From Nageia nagi (Eukaryota > Plantae > Pinophyta): a stretch of DNA of 64,000 bases. Below, piece after piece: positions 12,849 through 26,855 of the stretch. Below the pieces are notes generated by a model. The model did not search any database. It was not told where the DNA came from and saw only the letters and a program-made list of their open reading frames with translations. Each line of letters starts with the position of its first letter. Position 1 is the first letter of the stretch. The stretch covers positions 54,994,001 to 55,058,000 of the forward strand of contig JBITNC010000001.1 in the NCBI GenBank assembly GCA_050084985.1. Direction: 5' to 3'. A program made the translations under genes and the position numbers.

Positions 12849-13107
12849 CTACATGTTCAAAGATGTAGATAAATTAGCCATATGAATAAATGCCTTGAAT
12901 AAGAGTATTTGCAAAACATTTAGCAGAACTTCAGCAAGAGTACTTGCTAATTTGCACTTGAGATTGTAATTGGATCTTTACACATTCCTTCTTGATAATA
13001 AAGATAAGAAGCTACCTACATGTTCAAAGATGTAGATAAATTAGCCATATGAATAAATGCCTTGAATAAGAGTACTTGCAAAACATTTAGCAGAACTTCA
13101 GCAAGAG
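12780..13107. repeat. Tandem duplication with 167-bp period covering the LTR end, TSD, exon start and adjacent intron
   Basis: 12780-12940 matches 12947-13107 with a few substitutions. A 6-nt filler TACTTG sits at the junction. Confidence 0.92.
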
Positions 13108-14815
13108 CAGCTAAGGCAGATAATGGTAAAAGAAGGAACAAGTTAAACGAGTATTGTATAATTGTGAAAAATCTTGTGACAAACTGGCAATTATAGATAT
13201 ATACAAGTCAAAAAAATTGACTATAATATGCTAGGAAGGAGACCAAGCAAAAGAATATGAGATGGGCACAGAAGAGAAAAAAGACAGCAGAAGAAAATAT
13301 GAAGTTCTTGATATAGAAGAGAATGGCATCAGACTATTAAAATGAACTCCTTGTGACAATAGCTCAAAAAATAATGATTTAAGAAAGCTCAAAACACAAT
13401 GATGCCCAGTCATTATACAACATAAGGAATTTGAATTGGTAAAATAGCTACAAACAATGAAGAAAGAGGCCTGCTCCTCTAAATTTTATAAGATTCTAGA
13501 CCTTTGGCAGTCTCAAAATTGAATAAAGGGCAATAAGGTAGATGCTATCAGTAATATGCTCAAAATGGATAAATAATTATTTGTTTGCATATAAAAAAGA
13601 AAATTATGTGTTGTTATTTTCTTAGGATCTCACACCATGAGATTGACAGAAATGATCATATTGGATTAGCACTTGCTATGATTTCAATCATAAAATAGGT
13701 TAAAATTTGTCTCTTAAGTACTATTTTATCCTAGCAATTGTTGAAATCCTCACAAAACAACTCTGCCGCAACAAGAATTTGGAGCATGAAACTAAAATGT
13801 GTTTCCTAGATGTAGGTTAGAAATCACACTATGAAGTTACCTGTTTTGCTTCTTCCATAAGTTCTTGCCTTAGTTTTTTCAAAAGTATGACAGTTTTTGG
13901 AGGTATCTTCCACATCAACTTTTGCTGCTGGGTGCTAAGATGTGTGAATGCCAATGATGATTCTTTCAGGAAAATCCATCTGTGCGAACAAGATACATTG
14001 CTGCCTCTTTTCTAGATTGCACTCTAACTACACCAGTTGTAGAAGCACACATATTCCCATTAACAGATTCCAGATCAGAATTATCGTCAGGAGGCAAATC
14101 CGAAGATAAACTAACAACATTTTTATTCTGTAATTCTGTATTGGGTGAAGAACCGTTGCTAGTTAGAACTAAACTTTCATCTCGAGAGCTACCATTTCCT
14201 GACTTGTTGACATATAGAGAACCATGAGTACTTACATCAATAGTATTTGAGTTATTTCCATCTAGGAATTGCACTTCCGTAGTTGCTACATCAGGACATA
14301 TAGAAACATTATCTATGCTCAATGAAAGTGTGCTTGAGATTTTTTGTCTGGAAACACCCCAACGCCCAGCAGCACCTGCAATTTCATTACTTTTTATCTA
14401 AATCGGAATTGATTGGAGTTGATGATATCTTGTATCTTTTTTCTTAGACTCGATAAATATTTTTGGCGCCAGTTTTTTATTTTTAAAGAACTTATACATC
14501 TCTCTTCTGGATAAGACATTACCTTGTGGCATTTGCATTACAAACGAATTACACTCCATGAATAATTTCTGCTGGCATAGACCTACTTGTCCTTCAGCCG
14601 TTCCTTGTGTGGATTTATGATTTTTATTCAATTTGTAAGCATGACCCATAATCTTTCTGTTAGTCTTTTCCTGTGCCAAATTAAAACATGGTGTTGATAG
14701 GATTTGTGTAATGATCATGCGTCCGTGTATCACTAACAAAGTATTCTTCTATGGAAAGAATCACTCGGGAAAGTACTTCAATCTTCGGAGTCAATCGATT
14801 TTGCTTGTGTCGATT

Positions 14816-16921
14816 TGATCAGACTCTTATCCAAGGACAAGTTGCAGAAAGAAATAAAAGGGTATAGGGAAATCGAAAAAGATAAAAAGATAGGGTGCTG
14901 GAAAGAAAGAAACACTAGCGGCCAGCCCAGGCATCCATTAAAGAAGGCCCATGCTGGTCGAAGTGTTCAGACTAGTAGCCACCAAGATAAAAAACAACAT
15001 TCTAAGCCACCAAAACTTAAATGAATGCTTTGCAGATATGGATCAATTACTAACTTACTTCAACATCCACATAGTAAATATAAACATATAACACAACAAT
15101 TTAAGAACAAGAAGTAAATCATAATTGAGAGATCAAGAAGCTCAATTCATTAAGTAACAGACAGAAAGTGCAAGCTACATCACAAGTGGCAAACATCTAC
15201 GTCATCCAACCATTCATACATCAATCAACGAGGCATATATAGCCTTTGATCATCAAGAAATCTACTAAAAGAAATAATTAACTAGTCCTTATAACATCAT
15301 TTTTTACATACAACAATAGTTGTCATCAACTAATTGTTGTCATCAACTAAAGAGAATCTAATTACAATTATTACAAAAAATCTAACTAAGATCTTCTAGC
15401 GAACTCATATGTCATGTCATCTTGAAAAATTTCTGGCATCAGTGGGTCTGGTTAAGGTTGTTGAAGTATCTTTCCACTCGGTCGCTTCTCAAACCTTTAA
15501 TTCTGATCTTGACGCATTTAGCTGATGTAGAGGATCTAGTTTTCCCGCATTTCGACAAAATTACTTTCTCCTTAATATTGCCACACTCCGGCTGATTTGG
15601 ACCATACAATTATATTTTTCAAAACTCCCGCACTCTGATAGTATATTCAGGAGTTTAATTTCCTCGGGTTTCAACATAACCAAATTCCTTGTTGATCCAT
15701 TAAAAAGAGTGGACTACCCCCTCTCTTAACGAAATCAATTCACACTTAGACAATTNNNNNNNNNNNNNNNNNNNNNNNNNNNNNNNNNNNNNNNNNNNNN
15801 NNNNNNNNNNNNNNNNNNNNNNNNNNNNNNNNNNNNNNNNNNNNNNNNNNNNNNNAAAATTGTGCCACTCGGTGACTTCAGAACAAAGGTCAAAGTCCTC
15901 GTTGACCGACAGGTATGCGGGTTGTTTTGGTGATCAAGCACCATGTCAAGTGGCTTCACTAGTCGCAAGTGGTTTGAAACCTCCTCACATGGGCGACTTA
16001 GTGGATTTCCCACAGCTTCACCAAGGTCTTTGCTGGCATGTTGCAATCAAGGGCGGCTAGACCAGCCATATTGGTTAGGGGGGTTTAGACCCACACCTTC
16101 CCCATCTGCTACCCCTTGCCATTAACTCCCACCGTGGTCCCCTCGCAAAATTTAGGCTGTTATTAACTCCCACCATGGGCAAACATCTGTGTTGTCCGAC
16201 TATTCATACATCGATCAAAGAGGCATATATAGCCTTTGATCATCAAAATATCTACTAATAGAAATAACTAACTAGTCCTTATGACATCATCTTTTACATA
16301 CAACAATAGTTGTCATCAACTAAAGAGAATCTAATTACAATTATTACAAAAAATCCAACTAAGATCTTTTTGCCAACTCATTTGCCACGTCATCTTGAAA
16401 AATTCTTGGCATCAATGGGTCTAGTTAAGGTCGTCGGGGCATCTTTCCACTTAGCCGCTTCTTGAACCTTCAATTCTAATCTTGACGTATTTAGTTAGTG
16501 TAGAGAATTTAGTTTTCCCGCATTTTGGCAAAATTACTTTGTCCATATTGATTTGGACCGTACAATTATATCTTTCAAAATTCCCGCACTTCGGTAGTAT
16601 ATTCGGGAGTTCAATTTCCCTGGTTCTGGCATAACCAAATTCCTTGCAACAGATATCGGTAATAGCAAAACCTGTACAATATTCCCGTTCTCCGACGAAA
16701 CTCATTTCTTATCAATCTCTCCGTGTTCTGGTGACATTAATCATCATATAATATTTCCACACTCTGGTGGAGTTAAATCATCACCAACCTCTCCGGACTC
16801 CGACAAAATTCATCTACTTACTTTATTAAGTATATTCCTTCAAATGGACATAAGTAAAAGACACCAAAACTGTACCTTCTTTTTATACCTTCAAAATTAA
16901 AATGTGTATACACATGGATAA
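14816..16921. mobile_element. LTR-derived, probably nested insertion in the NADK2 large exon; true size unknown
   Basis: Non-NADK sequence. A ~480-bp segment is repeated (~15188-15690 and ~16178-16648) on either side of an N gap. The NADK2 frame plausibly rejoins across a shared GATT. No clean TSD. Confidence 0.6.
15756..15855. other. Assembly gap (100 N)
   Basis: Run of N. Confidence 1.
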
Positions 16922-17751
16922 GATTCAGCTTGAACATTTTCATCTAATTTGTGATTTTATCTTGAATTTCTTTAAAAATTGAACCACTTCCTGATGTCAA
17001 AGAATCCATCCCATCTTTTGGTTTTGGAACATGGAGAACTTGGGATCTTGAACAATCTTTACAGTCAGAGTCCCTATTCTACTGGGTTATAAAATTCTCT
17101 TGCAGTATCCCACTTGCTTTGGACAAGCTTCTTGAACCTAGACGTGAAACAAGTTCCTACCATCTTGATACCATGGAAGATGTTCTCCAAACTCCTTCCT
17201 CGCTATGTAGATAAATAAGTGTATTCTCATTATTGGAAACCAAGGTTACAAACTCCTCGACCTCTTGATGGTGCGGTTCTGACTTCAGCTAAAAATGCAC
17301 ACGTTGAATCCTTCCAGAAGAAACTACCATCTCAATGGCGACAAGGTTCTTTTTCTAACAACCAATTTTAGCCTTCTTTTGTCACCTCCCCAAAATGCCA
17401 CCTCGCCATTCCCATCCATTATGCCATCTCTTCCAGGATATAAATTGACAGCAGACCAATTTGGTAACACTGCATGACAGGGAGATCCTTCGCAACAGGG
17501 AAAACCAGCATCATAGCAAACATTTTTTAATCTCTGCAATCTCTTCCGAATTACAATATTCTGATTATCAGTAGGTGGGAAAAAGGCTTCGAGAGAACTT
17601 TGCAATTTTGTGCAGCATTGTTTCATCTGGCCTCTAAAAATCGTAAGTGGTGGAAGTTTATTGTATACAATATCTTTATCCATTATGTGAAAGGAACTCA
17701 TACTGGAGTGTCTTCCAGCTAAGACCTTTTGTCTTCCTCTCTGGAGAAAAG

Positions 17752-18373
17752 TAGCCATGCAATCTAGACCAGCTACAACTTTCTCCTCTAATACTTCTAC
17801 ATTATCAGATGCAAAATCATCCAAACCTCATAAATAGGTGATTGTGCATTCTCCAGTATCTGGGTTGCAAAGAGTGTTCATTATTGCAATGTTAAGTTGC
17901 TCAGCCACTCAATATCTGACAAAATGCCTCCTCAATTTTTGCAAGATCTTCTGGCAGTGGTCCAATCTTAAATATTTAAGATTCATATTGTACCTGAAAA
18001 ATCTTTTGCTGATAGAAGACAACAAGAAACAAACATCACAACGCATGTACATATATTTCAACTAGCCATGCAATCTAGACCAGCTACAACTTTCTCCTCT
18101 AATACTTCTACATTATCAGATGCAAAATCATCCAAACCTCATAAATAGGTGATTGTGCATTCTCCAGTATCTGGGTTGCAAAGAGTGTTCATTATTGCAA
18201 TGTTAAGTTGCTCAGCCACTCAATATCTGACAAAATGCCTCCTCAATTTTTGCAAGATCTTCTGGCAGTGGTCCAATCTTAAATATTTAAGATTCATATT
18301 GTACCTGAAAAATCTTTTGCTGATAGAAGACAACAAGAAACAAACATCACAACGCATGTACATATATTTCAAC
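17752..18373. repeat. Apparently identical 311-bp tandem duplication covering the acceptor and start of the NADK2 large exon
   Basis: 17752-18062 equals 18063-18373 by eye, and the ORF-track translations over the shared part are identical. Confidence 0.95.
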
Positions 18374-18383
18374 TCAACAAAAA

Positions 18384-19450
18384 ATGTTCTCTTTCTTGAA
18401 TTTTAATAGCTATTGATGGATTGTATGGGAATATGAAGTGCATGAAAAGCTAGACATCAACAACAATTCAAGATAGGCACTCATAGTACGTTTACATCCA
18501 TTGGTTATTATTCCAAATAACCCTGAGGGTCCAAGAAGCAGTCATTCAAAGGCCAAACAAAGGCTAGAATAATGTGTCAAACAATTGGATTAACACTTAT
18601 GAACACCAAACAGAGATAGGCTTATATGGGCTTTAATTTCAAATCAACAATACATGTTCTCCCTCTTGAATTTTAATAGCTATTGATGGATTGATTGGGA
18701 ATATGAAGCGCATGAAAAGCTAGACATCAATAACAATTCTAGGCACTCATAGTACGTTTACATCTATTGGTTATTGTTTCAAACAGCCCTGAGGGTCCAA
18801 GAAGCAGTCATCCAAAGCCCGAACAAAGGCCAGAACAATGTGTCAAACAATTGGATTAACACTTATGAACACCAAACAAAGATAGGCTTATATGGGCTTC
18901 TATTTCAAATCAACAATACATGTTCTCCCTCTTGAATTTTAATAACTATTGATGGATTGATTGGGAATATGAAGCGCATGAAAAGCTAGACATCAACAAC
19001 AATTCAAGATAGGCACTCATAGTACGTTTACATCCATTGGTTATTGTTCCAAATAGCCCTGAGGATCCAAGAAGCAGTCATCCAAAGGCCGAAGAAAGGC
19101 CAGAACATGTGTCAAACAATTGGATTAACACTTATGAACACCAAACAGAGATAGGCTTATATGGGCTTATATTTCAAATCAACAATACATGTTCTCCCTC
19201 TTGAATTTTAATAAATATTGATGGATTGATTGGGAACATGAAGCGCATAAGAAGCTAGACATCAACAACAATTCAATATAGGCACTCATAGTATTTTACA
19301 TACATTGGATATTTCTCCAAACAGCCCTAAGGGTCCAAGAAGCAGTCATCCAAAGGCCCAACAAAGGCCAGAACTATATGTCAAAGAATTGGATTAGCAC
19401 GTATGAACACCAAATAGAGATACGCTTATATGAATTTATGCTTCCAATCA
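18384..19450. repeat. Intronic tandem array of four ~266-270 bp units
   Basis: Units start at 18384, 18654, 18920 and 19189 with ATGTTCTC..TCTTGAATTTTAATA. Confidence 0.93.
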
Positions 19451-19955
19451 AAAATCATACGAAGTGGCCAAAGAGCAAAGGTACAAAAGAATGCACATAA
19501 TCTATCATCATTAATGATCTTAAAACTTGGTGCACAAAACCTATTAAGGTAAACAGAGTATGTTCGTTGTTATCCTGTTCAGGTTCGAAATAAAAATGTA
19601 ATATTATTGTTCAAAGTACGAATTCAAGTTACTTGGGTATGAAACGATTACAGTTAGCATTAATGAGGCACAACTAGTGAAATGTGAATCTCACACAGTT
19701 TGAATCAAATCAGGTTTACGTAGTTAATCAAGGGCTGTGTATACAGGAACACCTTGAGAATCAGAATAGATTATGCCAAAACGTAACCTATCGAAGATTC
19801 AGAACTCTTACAAGCATTTATAGATTAGAACAATGCACCAAAGATGAACTATATATCCTAAAGGAATTTTTTCAAGAATGAAACGATACCCAAAATTCTT
19901 TTCACATTCCCAATGAGATTTATATTATTTTAGGAATGAAATGATCAATACCCAC

Positions 19956-20270
19956 CTCATGAAGTATCCTTTCTTGTCCGCAGTCAGCTTCCCAACTACT
20001 GTCTGCGATGGTTGTTGCAACTCTTTTCCCATAAGGCCTAATTCCTAGCCTTAGATAGTTCCAATTTTGCAATAAACTATGTCTCTTTAATCCCAACTTT
20101 AAACCTGTAGACGGTGTTAAACCCAGTATGTTTTTTCAGAATATAGATACAATAGTCCTCCTTTTGGGCCTCCATAACTTGAATGAGAGTAGCAAAGTTG
20201 ATGCCCAACATTTAGCATTCACTCTGAATTTGGCTTGATAGAAAAAATTTGGAGATGAGGAGATTGGCAT
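19956..20270 (-). pseudogene. NADK2: Probable first coding exon of NADK2 (transit-peptide-like)
   Basis: ATG at 20270. S/R/K-rich 105-codon frame with one TGA (20136-20138). The phase-0 donor GTGGGT matches the next exon. An upstream acceptor lies at 20313. Confidence 0.65.
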
Positions 20271-22439
20271 TGAGATCACAAAAAGAATGTCTTGCCAGGA
20301 CAATTCATAAACCTGAAACAGATCTAACAAGCAGTCGAAGAGTTACTCTCATACAAATTTTTTGAAAAAATCTGAATGACTAACATTGTCTAAATCGACG
20401 GTTTAAATTCTTAGTAGACGTTAAAAGCACTTGAGCAAGAATTGACAATTAGAGGTTTTGTATTTCACTGATTTTTTATTAATATGACAAAGTCCGATGT
20501 AGAGAACAAGCTTCATTTTCATTTTTTTATTTTGTCTTGAATTACTTAGGTGGATGAGTAATCTCTTGCTAGCCATGTGGAAGCACGGTTGTGGTGAAGA
20601 GGAACAAGCAAAATTCGACAAGAAGTTTCTGGAGCATTATGCTGTAATAATGTAAGCCATGAATTTTTGTGGGCATGCATTTCAATTTTTAAAAAGGAAA
20701 GGTATAAAAAAGTACGATAAGAATTTATCCTCTAGAAGAAAATTTTGAATTTTATGATTACAAATAGATAAATTGAGTAATTGTTTTTTTCTTTTTTTTG
20801 GGTGATAGTAGAGAATATAAGCATTCACATATTTACCTATAATTTTTGAATGGTAAATTTCTAACATTTATGTGTTCATTTAATGATTCATAAATGTTTA
20901 TGCAATGATACTCTCTCGAATTGATGTATGATGGATGGGGTAGAAGCACACACACTTTATCTTCATATTGTTTCATAGGAAACAAGTATTTGTTCTTGTT
21001 AACTAAGTTATATTATTCTTAATTAAAAATTATATGTTTTAATTAATTTGATATAAAAGTAAGTGATTATATAAAAAATGATAGATGAAACATAAGATCT
21101 TTTTGTTTTAAGATGTTGTAAGGTAGTAGAGGAGGCTTCTTAGAATTTAGATTGTGTTATGGTAATGTACAAATTAGGTTTAAGGAGTCTATCAAATTGA
21201 TCATTATTAGTAAGGTTGATGGAAATGTTTGGAAGAATTTGGAATGAAGAGTGAGAGAGTGGGGTTTATCAGCTACACCAATGGTTTTGATTAGGAGGAA
21301 TCCATAGGAGCAACTTGCGAAGATAAATTTATTTTTTTAAAGAAATAGAAAAAATGGATCTTAATGATATTAATTTATAAATATAGCACCAATAGTGTAG
21401 ATCGAGGGGGAGTTGATGGTATAAAGGTTATTAATGTTAACAAAGTTTTGATCTCAAATTTGGTGGATCATGACCAAGCACTCCAAAACTCAAGAGATGG
21501 ACTTACCTAGAGCAGAAACCATCAACAAAGAAAAGTATTTCATTCTTACCAAAAAATATTTCTTAACAATTTTCAATTCAAATGAAGAAAGAACTTCAAA
21601 CTTTATGGTTGAATTATTATTTATGGGGATTTGTTTATTTTACTGTTACCTCAAAAAATATAAAAATATTATTAGTATCAATGTATGTGAGGTTTTATAG
21701 ATTTCCTTAAAAATTCAAAGAAAAAGATACTTTAAGACAATAAACATTTTTCTAAAAAGTTATCTTCAATTTGTAAATACAACATAAAATTGAGCCTTAG
21801 TAATTTGAGCAACAATATCAATTTTAATAACTAGCAAAATAAGAGGCAAATTATAGATGAAAGTGGCTTTCAAACTCCAAATAATACCATCTAATCAAAC
21901 AAAGCATAAAAAAGATGTAAAATGGGAAGTAATAGTAAGAACTCATTTAATCCTCTATTTGATATGGAAAATAAAGAATGGGTCATAAAAAGAAAAAGGT
22001 TAATTAAGATTTATCTAGAAAAAATAATCCACAATTTCCATCAAAATAAAAGAAAATGAAGTATACAAGGTGCATGATAAGCTTTGACTTAAGCTTGTTG
22101 ATTGATCTGGTGATTTAAGAAAATATGATCATTACGGTTCTTTCCTACAAATAAGAATAAGATAAAACAAATAAAAATAATATAAAATGTTTAAAGTACA
22201 AGATTGAATTTAAATAGTTTTCAAAATAAGGGTGTAGTTTGTATAAATAGTTTATTGAATATAGTTCAATAGAATATGACACCCTTCTACCCCTAAATTG
22301 TTTCACAATAGTACCACCCTTTTCTATCCCTCGAGAGCGATCTTTGGCCCCTTAGCTTGCAAGTAGATTGAAGGTACTACAAAAATAAATATGTTATCCA
22401 AGCAAGTTACGAACTAAATTGGTGATGTCAAAATAAGCA

Positions 22440-23775
22440 ATGGTAGTCCCTCGCACAGGGGTAACCATGGTTGATTAGTAATTATCATGGTAAAGTCTCT
22501 TTAAGCAAGAGGCAAAGGAAGACACTAGCCCTCCTTTAGAGGCAAAAAAAAAGGATAAAATATTTTTCCAAAGATATTGCAAGCAATTATTGATCAATCC
22601 ATAGAAAGGGGATGTTGCATTTTAATTGAAAAACTTCATGGAGTTAAGGACAAACATTAATTTGATTAGGAAGTGGGCAAAACTAAGATGGAAACTCAAA
22701 AGAGACTTGAATATCATTACAATGTCCAATGACTACATTATATTTTCTTTTAGCAAAACAAAAGATAAAGACTTCAATATAATCTTGCTTTAGTTTTTTG
22801 GAAAGCGTGGCCTTTTCTTGAAAAATGATGCTCGAGTTTTAATCCAGTAAAGGCATAAATTATGATAGCTTCAATCTTGATGCTCCCACATCTCCCTTTT
22901 GAACTCTAACATCAAAAAGTGTTTAAGGCTATAGCGAGATCCTTTGGCAAGTTTGTAATAGTCAATGAAGTCACAAAAGCTCAAACGTGTATGGTGGTTA
23001 CAAGATTTTGTGTCATGGTTAAATTTGGAGTAAAATTGCTAAAATCCATCATATTAGAGTCTAACCTATGTGATTGGGTCTAGGAGTTACATTATGAAAA
23101 TCATAACTACTTATGTATGACTTATGGACATGTTTGTCACAATTTATGTTCATGCCCTATAAGGGTAACCATAACAATCACGTACCATAAAAAATGGAGG
23201 CCTAAGCAATAATGGATAAATAAAAAACCTACAAAAATAGAAGAAGGTGAAATCCCAAATGCTCTAGTTGGAGAATCTAATAATCAAGTTAAGGAAAGAC
23301 TAGATTTGGATGAGGAGAATATGGTAAAAATATAGTCTAACAAGCTAATAAGGATCATGTATTTAGGGATGAGGTAGTAGAAACTAGAATTGATAATTCA
23401 AAATAAATACAACAAAACAATCAACTCAATGATAAAGAATGGATCAATGTTAAAATGAAAATAAGGTTGCCTAATTGGGATGGAATAGTAGCACATTAAG
23501 ATTAGGAATTAGAGTTTTAGTCAACCTCAGAGGAAATTATAGATAAGAAAATATAATTCACCATAAATAACACTTGGCTAATGCAAAGTGCAATAAGAAG
23601 AGTTGGCATTGGTTAAACACATGTTGGATGACCTAGTGAAGGCAAGGTAGGAGACAATGAAACATGCAAGGAGGTTACAAATGGGAAGCAATCCACCGTG
23701 AATGGTCATGGGGGGCAAAGCATCCTCTAAAATTGGTAAGAATGAAAGTTCTCTACTAAATTATGAGGGGATTAA
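22440..23775 (+). mobile_element. Heavily decayed LINE ORF1 plus the start of ORF2
   Basis: NINLIRKWAKLRWKLKRDLNIITMSNDYIIFSF (DUF4283-like). Knuckle remnant at ~23114-23156. MKVLY*IMRG at ~23742 resembles MKILSWNVRG. Confidence 0.65.
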
Positions 23776-24930
23776 ATTTAAAATTTGTTTCTTTTGAATT
23801 ATGGAGTGCACCAACGATAAGCCTTGATGAAATACTCATTGTAGTCATAAATAAATCTTTCTTTAGGTAGTCAACTTATTAACCACTAAATCTCATTAGA
23901 TAAGACTATGCTTACAATACTCATGTAGTCATAGGAATCTTTGAACTGAGTGTCGATGGTACAATCTAACAAGAATATAGGGATGTAATAAGGCCAACAC
24001 AAATATATTTTGGTGATCAAATTTAACTCGAAGTCTTGTTCCAAAGATATTTGGTAAACATCAATTTGAATTGTTAATTTATTTTCAAAGGTTTCAATTT
24101 CCCAAGCTTGAGACTATCTTTGCTTGTATATTTCTTACATAATGTTCTTTGTATTTCTAATGGAACTCCCAAGAACTTACTAATTTTTGGCAACAAATAA
24201 AGGAAATGTATTCTTATATAGTAATTTCTTTGACATTAGGAGCAATAGTATGGCCCTGGTAACGTCTTGTAGATAGTATAGGATAGTTTTGCACCATCTT
24301 TGATATTGTTCCCAATTAGATTATGATACTAGTGAAAACGAGTTCCTCTTATACCTTATTATTTTTCTTTCCATCATAAGTATATGTATCTTTGTAAGGT
24401 TTGGTTGTTAACAATTTTTATTTGTACCAATTTTCTATGATTATAATTAATGTTTTATTAGTATTTTGATATTTTTTAATCATTTTGTTTATATTCTTCC
24501 TTGACAACTTCCTCTTTTATCGTCATATTATTTAGCAATTTCTCTTATGTATGCTTTATCAATATCTTTTATCCTTATAAAAAGTACATTTTAAAGAAAT
24601 TTGTTTCTTCATAAGTTAATCAAATAACAATCATTTCATTCTTCTAGTTTTTTATAATCTTCAATCTCTTAACTTGAGTATCGTTTTGTTTGTTAACACT
24701 TTGTGTAGACTATTACCTTATTTATTTTAGCAATTCATTATACTATCCCTTAATCTTATATATGTATCTTAACATATGTCATTTTTTTTTTCATTTTTAT
24801 TAATAGATATTATATTGCCAAAAAATCTATTTTAGACATCTTAATGGATTGCTAAGCCAAAACATTTATAGTAGCCATGATATTCATTAAAAATATGTAC
24901 ATCCTCATAACTAAAATCCCTTTTTATTCA

Positions 24931-26855
24931 TGTCAGAAATTGAGCATGATCTTTTGGATAACTTATGTGTTTCAACTCTCTAATTTGTAATTGACATGCA
25001 TAGGATTGATTTGCAATACTAATATATGAGTAGAAGGTCAATTAGGCTCATTCAACCAGGTGGAGGATGACCAACCAATCATGCATATGATCACACAATT
25101 GTCTAGATGATAGAGTTATACAGTCATCCAAATGATCACACAATTCATAAGCTAGTAGATAATAAAAAAACAAGTTGCAATCGACCTTAAGGTGGCCAAT
25201 CTTGATTACAAGATAAATCTAATAATGGTTGATCATGACTTTAGAAGTACAAAAGCTTTATTTTGGACTTGGAAAGTTACTTTTTCTTTATTCTAAGTTT
25301 AGTTACTAATGTTGCTATTAATGGAAAATTTCTTGCATGGTTTCTTATTTCATTTAGGAATAAAATTAAGATTATATGGACTTCTATAAATTGTATGATC
25401 TTATGTAATTGGATTTAATTAGGTTAGTACTGGAATGGTGAATGTTTGAAGGAGAGAGTAGAGTTTGTATATGTGTGAGGAGGTGATTCCTTGAAGAGAG
25501 ATCACTATTGTAATGAGGATTCCTTGTGTAATGAAAGAGAAATGTATAATAGTTTGGTTGTTAGTTGTATCTCTTGGTGGCTTTGGACTGATTAGAATAA
25601 AGAACTGGATATTCTTTATAGATGTAGTCCACATTGGGTGAACCATGTTACATACTTGTGCCTTCTTTTGTGTGATCTTATTTTCTTAATTCTTATTTTG
25701 GTTTTGAATAAAGTAATTACTCAAATTTATTTTTATACATTGAATCCTAACAAGTGGTATCTGAGCTTCAAGTTTTGAAGGGAGGGATTCATAATGAGGT
25801 GGGAGCAATGGTAGAAGAAGCAAGGTTTTGAGTGGATAAGTTTAATGGCCATGTAAGATAGTTGTATGGGAAAGATAAGGATCAAGATACCTAATGAAAA
25901 TTTATGGATGCTCAAGGAGGTGAGGCACATACCTAATTTGAAAAGGCATCTCATTTTGATAAGTAGAGTTGATGGTGATATACAATTTTCATTCAGAAAT
26001 AAGACTTAGAAAGTATTTAAGGGTTCTACAATTTTTGCTAGAGGTAATATGGTTGGTTCATTATATTTGATTACTAACATTTCTAATGATGTTGTGGACT
26101 TAACCTTTATAAATCTGAATGCAAATAAGGGATATCATAATTTTGGAGATAAAAAGGGAAGTGAGGTTTGGTGAAAAGAAAACGGTTAGAAAGGGTGTTT
26201 CCAAGGATAAGAAGAAGATGTGGATACCAAAGGTGCAAGGAAGTCTTCAAATCAGGATAAGAAATTTCCACTAAGGGATGTTGAAATATGTGTAAGGGTA
26301 AGCTAAACTTTTCCCATCATTTCATGTATCTTGTATATTAATGATGATGAGTAATTTATTTAAGATAAATCCAAGAAGGAGTGGGAGCTTGTTGGCATGG
26401 AAATGGAGGTAAAATCCTTGATGCAATACCAAGGGTATTTGGTGAAGCTACCTATAGGAATGAAAGGTTTTCGTGGTGTTTATGTATGGAGAATGAAAAT
26501 GAAGGAAAATGATTATACAAGGAAGGGCTTGAAATAAAAGTATTTACACAAGGTAATGGTATGACACATTGAGTGGGACCTATAGATTGATTGAAGTTCA
26601 TGGAATATCAAGGTGAAGTTTTAACAAAAGGTATGAATTAGTTGAGGTTCATGATAAGTCTTATTGGAGGGCTTGGTGAAGATGTAAAGGTGATTGCAAA
26701 GAAGGAATTGGGGGTTATCCCAATTTTTATCGATCTCAAAAAATAAGAGGTCAGGATGAGAATATCCAGATCCTAAGTTGTAAAGTATTGTAAGAATTAA
26801 TATTAGTATTGGAGATTGTTAGGAATTGAGTGTGATCTTTTGAATAACTTTTAAT
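24931..26855 (+). mobile_element. Internally deleted Ty1/Copia element
   Basis: 5' LTR 24931-25752 (TGTCAGAA...TCCTAACA). PBS TGGTATCTGAGC at 25755-25766. Gag start MVEEARF*VDKFNG and pol remnant LKEVRHIPNLKRHLI. GGAGAT plus TGTTAGG at ~26811-26823 begins a 3' LTR that is truncated after ~35 bp. Confidence 0.75.

Larger units (their letters stand above)
13841..17993 (-). pseudogene. NADK2: NADK2 large exon, interrupted at ~14816-16921
   Basis: Acceptor at 17994-17995 and donor at 13839-13840. Motifs CNPDTGEC, LPPLTIFRGQMKQCC, EVAFW and RTDGFS. A deletion of the CTREKV segment creates TGA at 13966-13968. Confidence 0.9.
4734..20312 (-). pseudogene. NADK2: NAD kinase 2 (chloroplast type) pseudogene. 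At least six coding exons visible; the last exons are not found in the window.
   Basis: Colinear NADK2 motifs with GT-AG boundaries: IGPLPEDLA, LKNVCYDAGFP, HSEEGVWRTS, GNMCASTTGVVRVQSRK, CLGGDGVI, GVYITLRM, VATPTGST. Many stops, frameshifts and TE insertions. Confidence 0.93.

Noticed and set aside
14825-16922. 9-bp inverted repeat TCTTATCCA near both ends of the exon insertion as DNA-transposon TIRs
   Set aside because: Too short, offset from the inferred junction, no TSD, and the N gap prevents linking the two ends.
18384-19450. CRISPR-like or functional RNA array
   Set aside because: Whole units are repeated with no unique spacers, in a eukaryotic intron.
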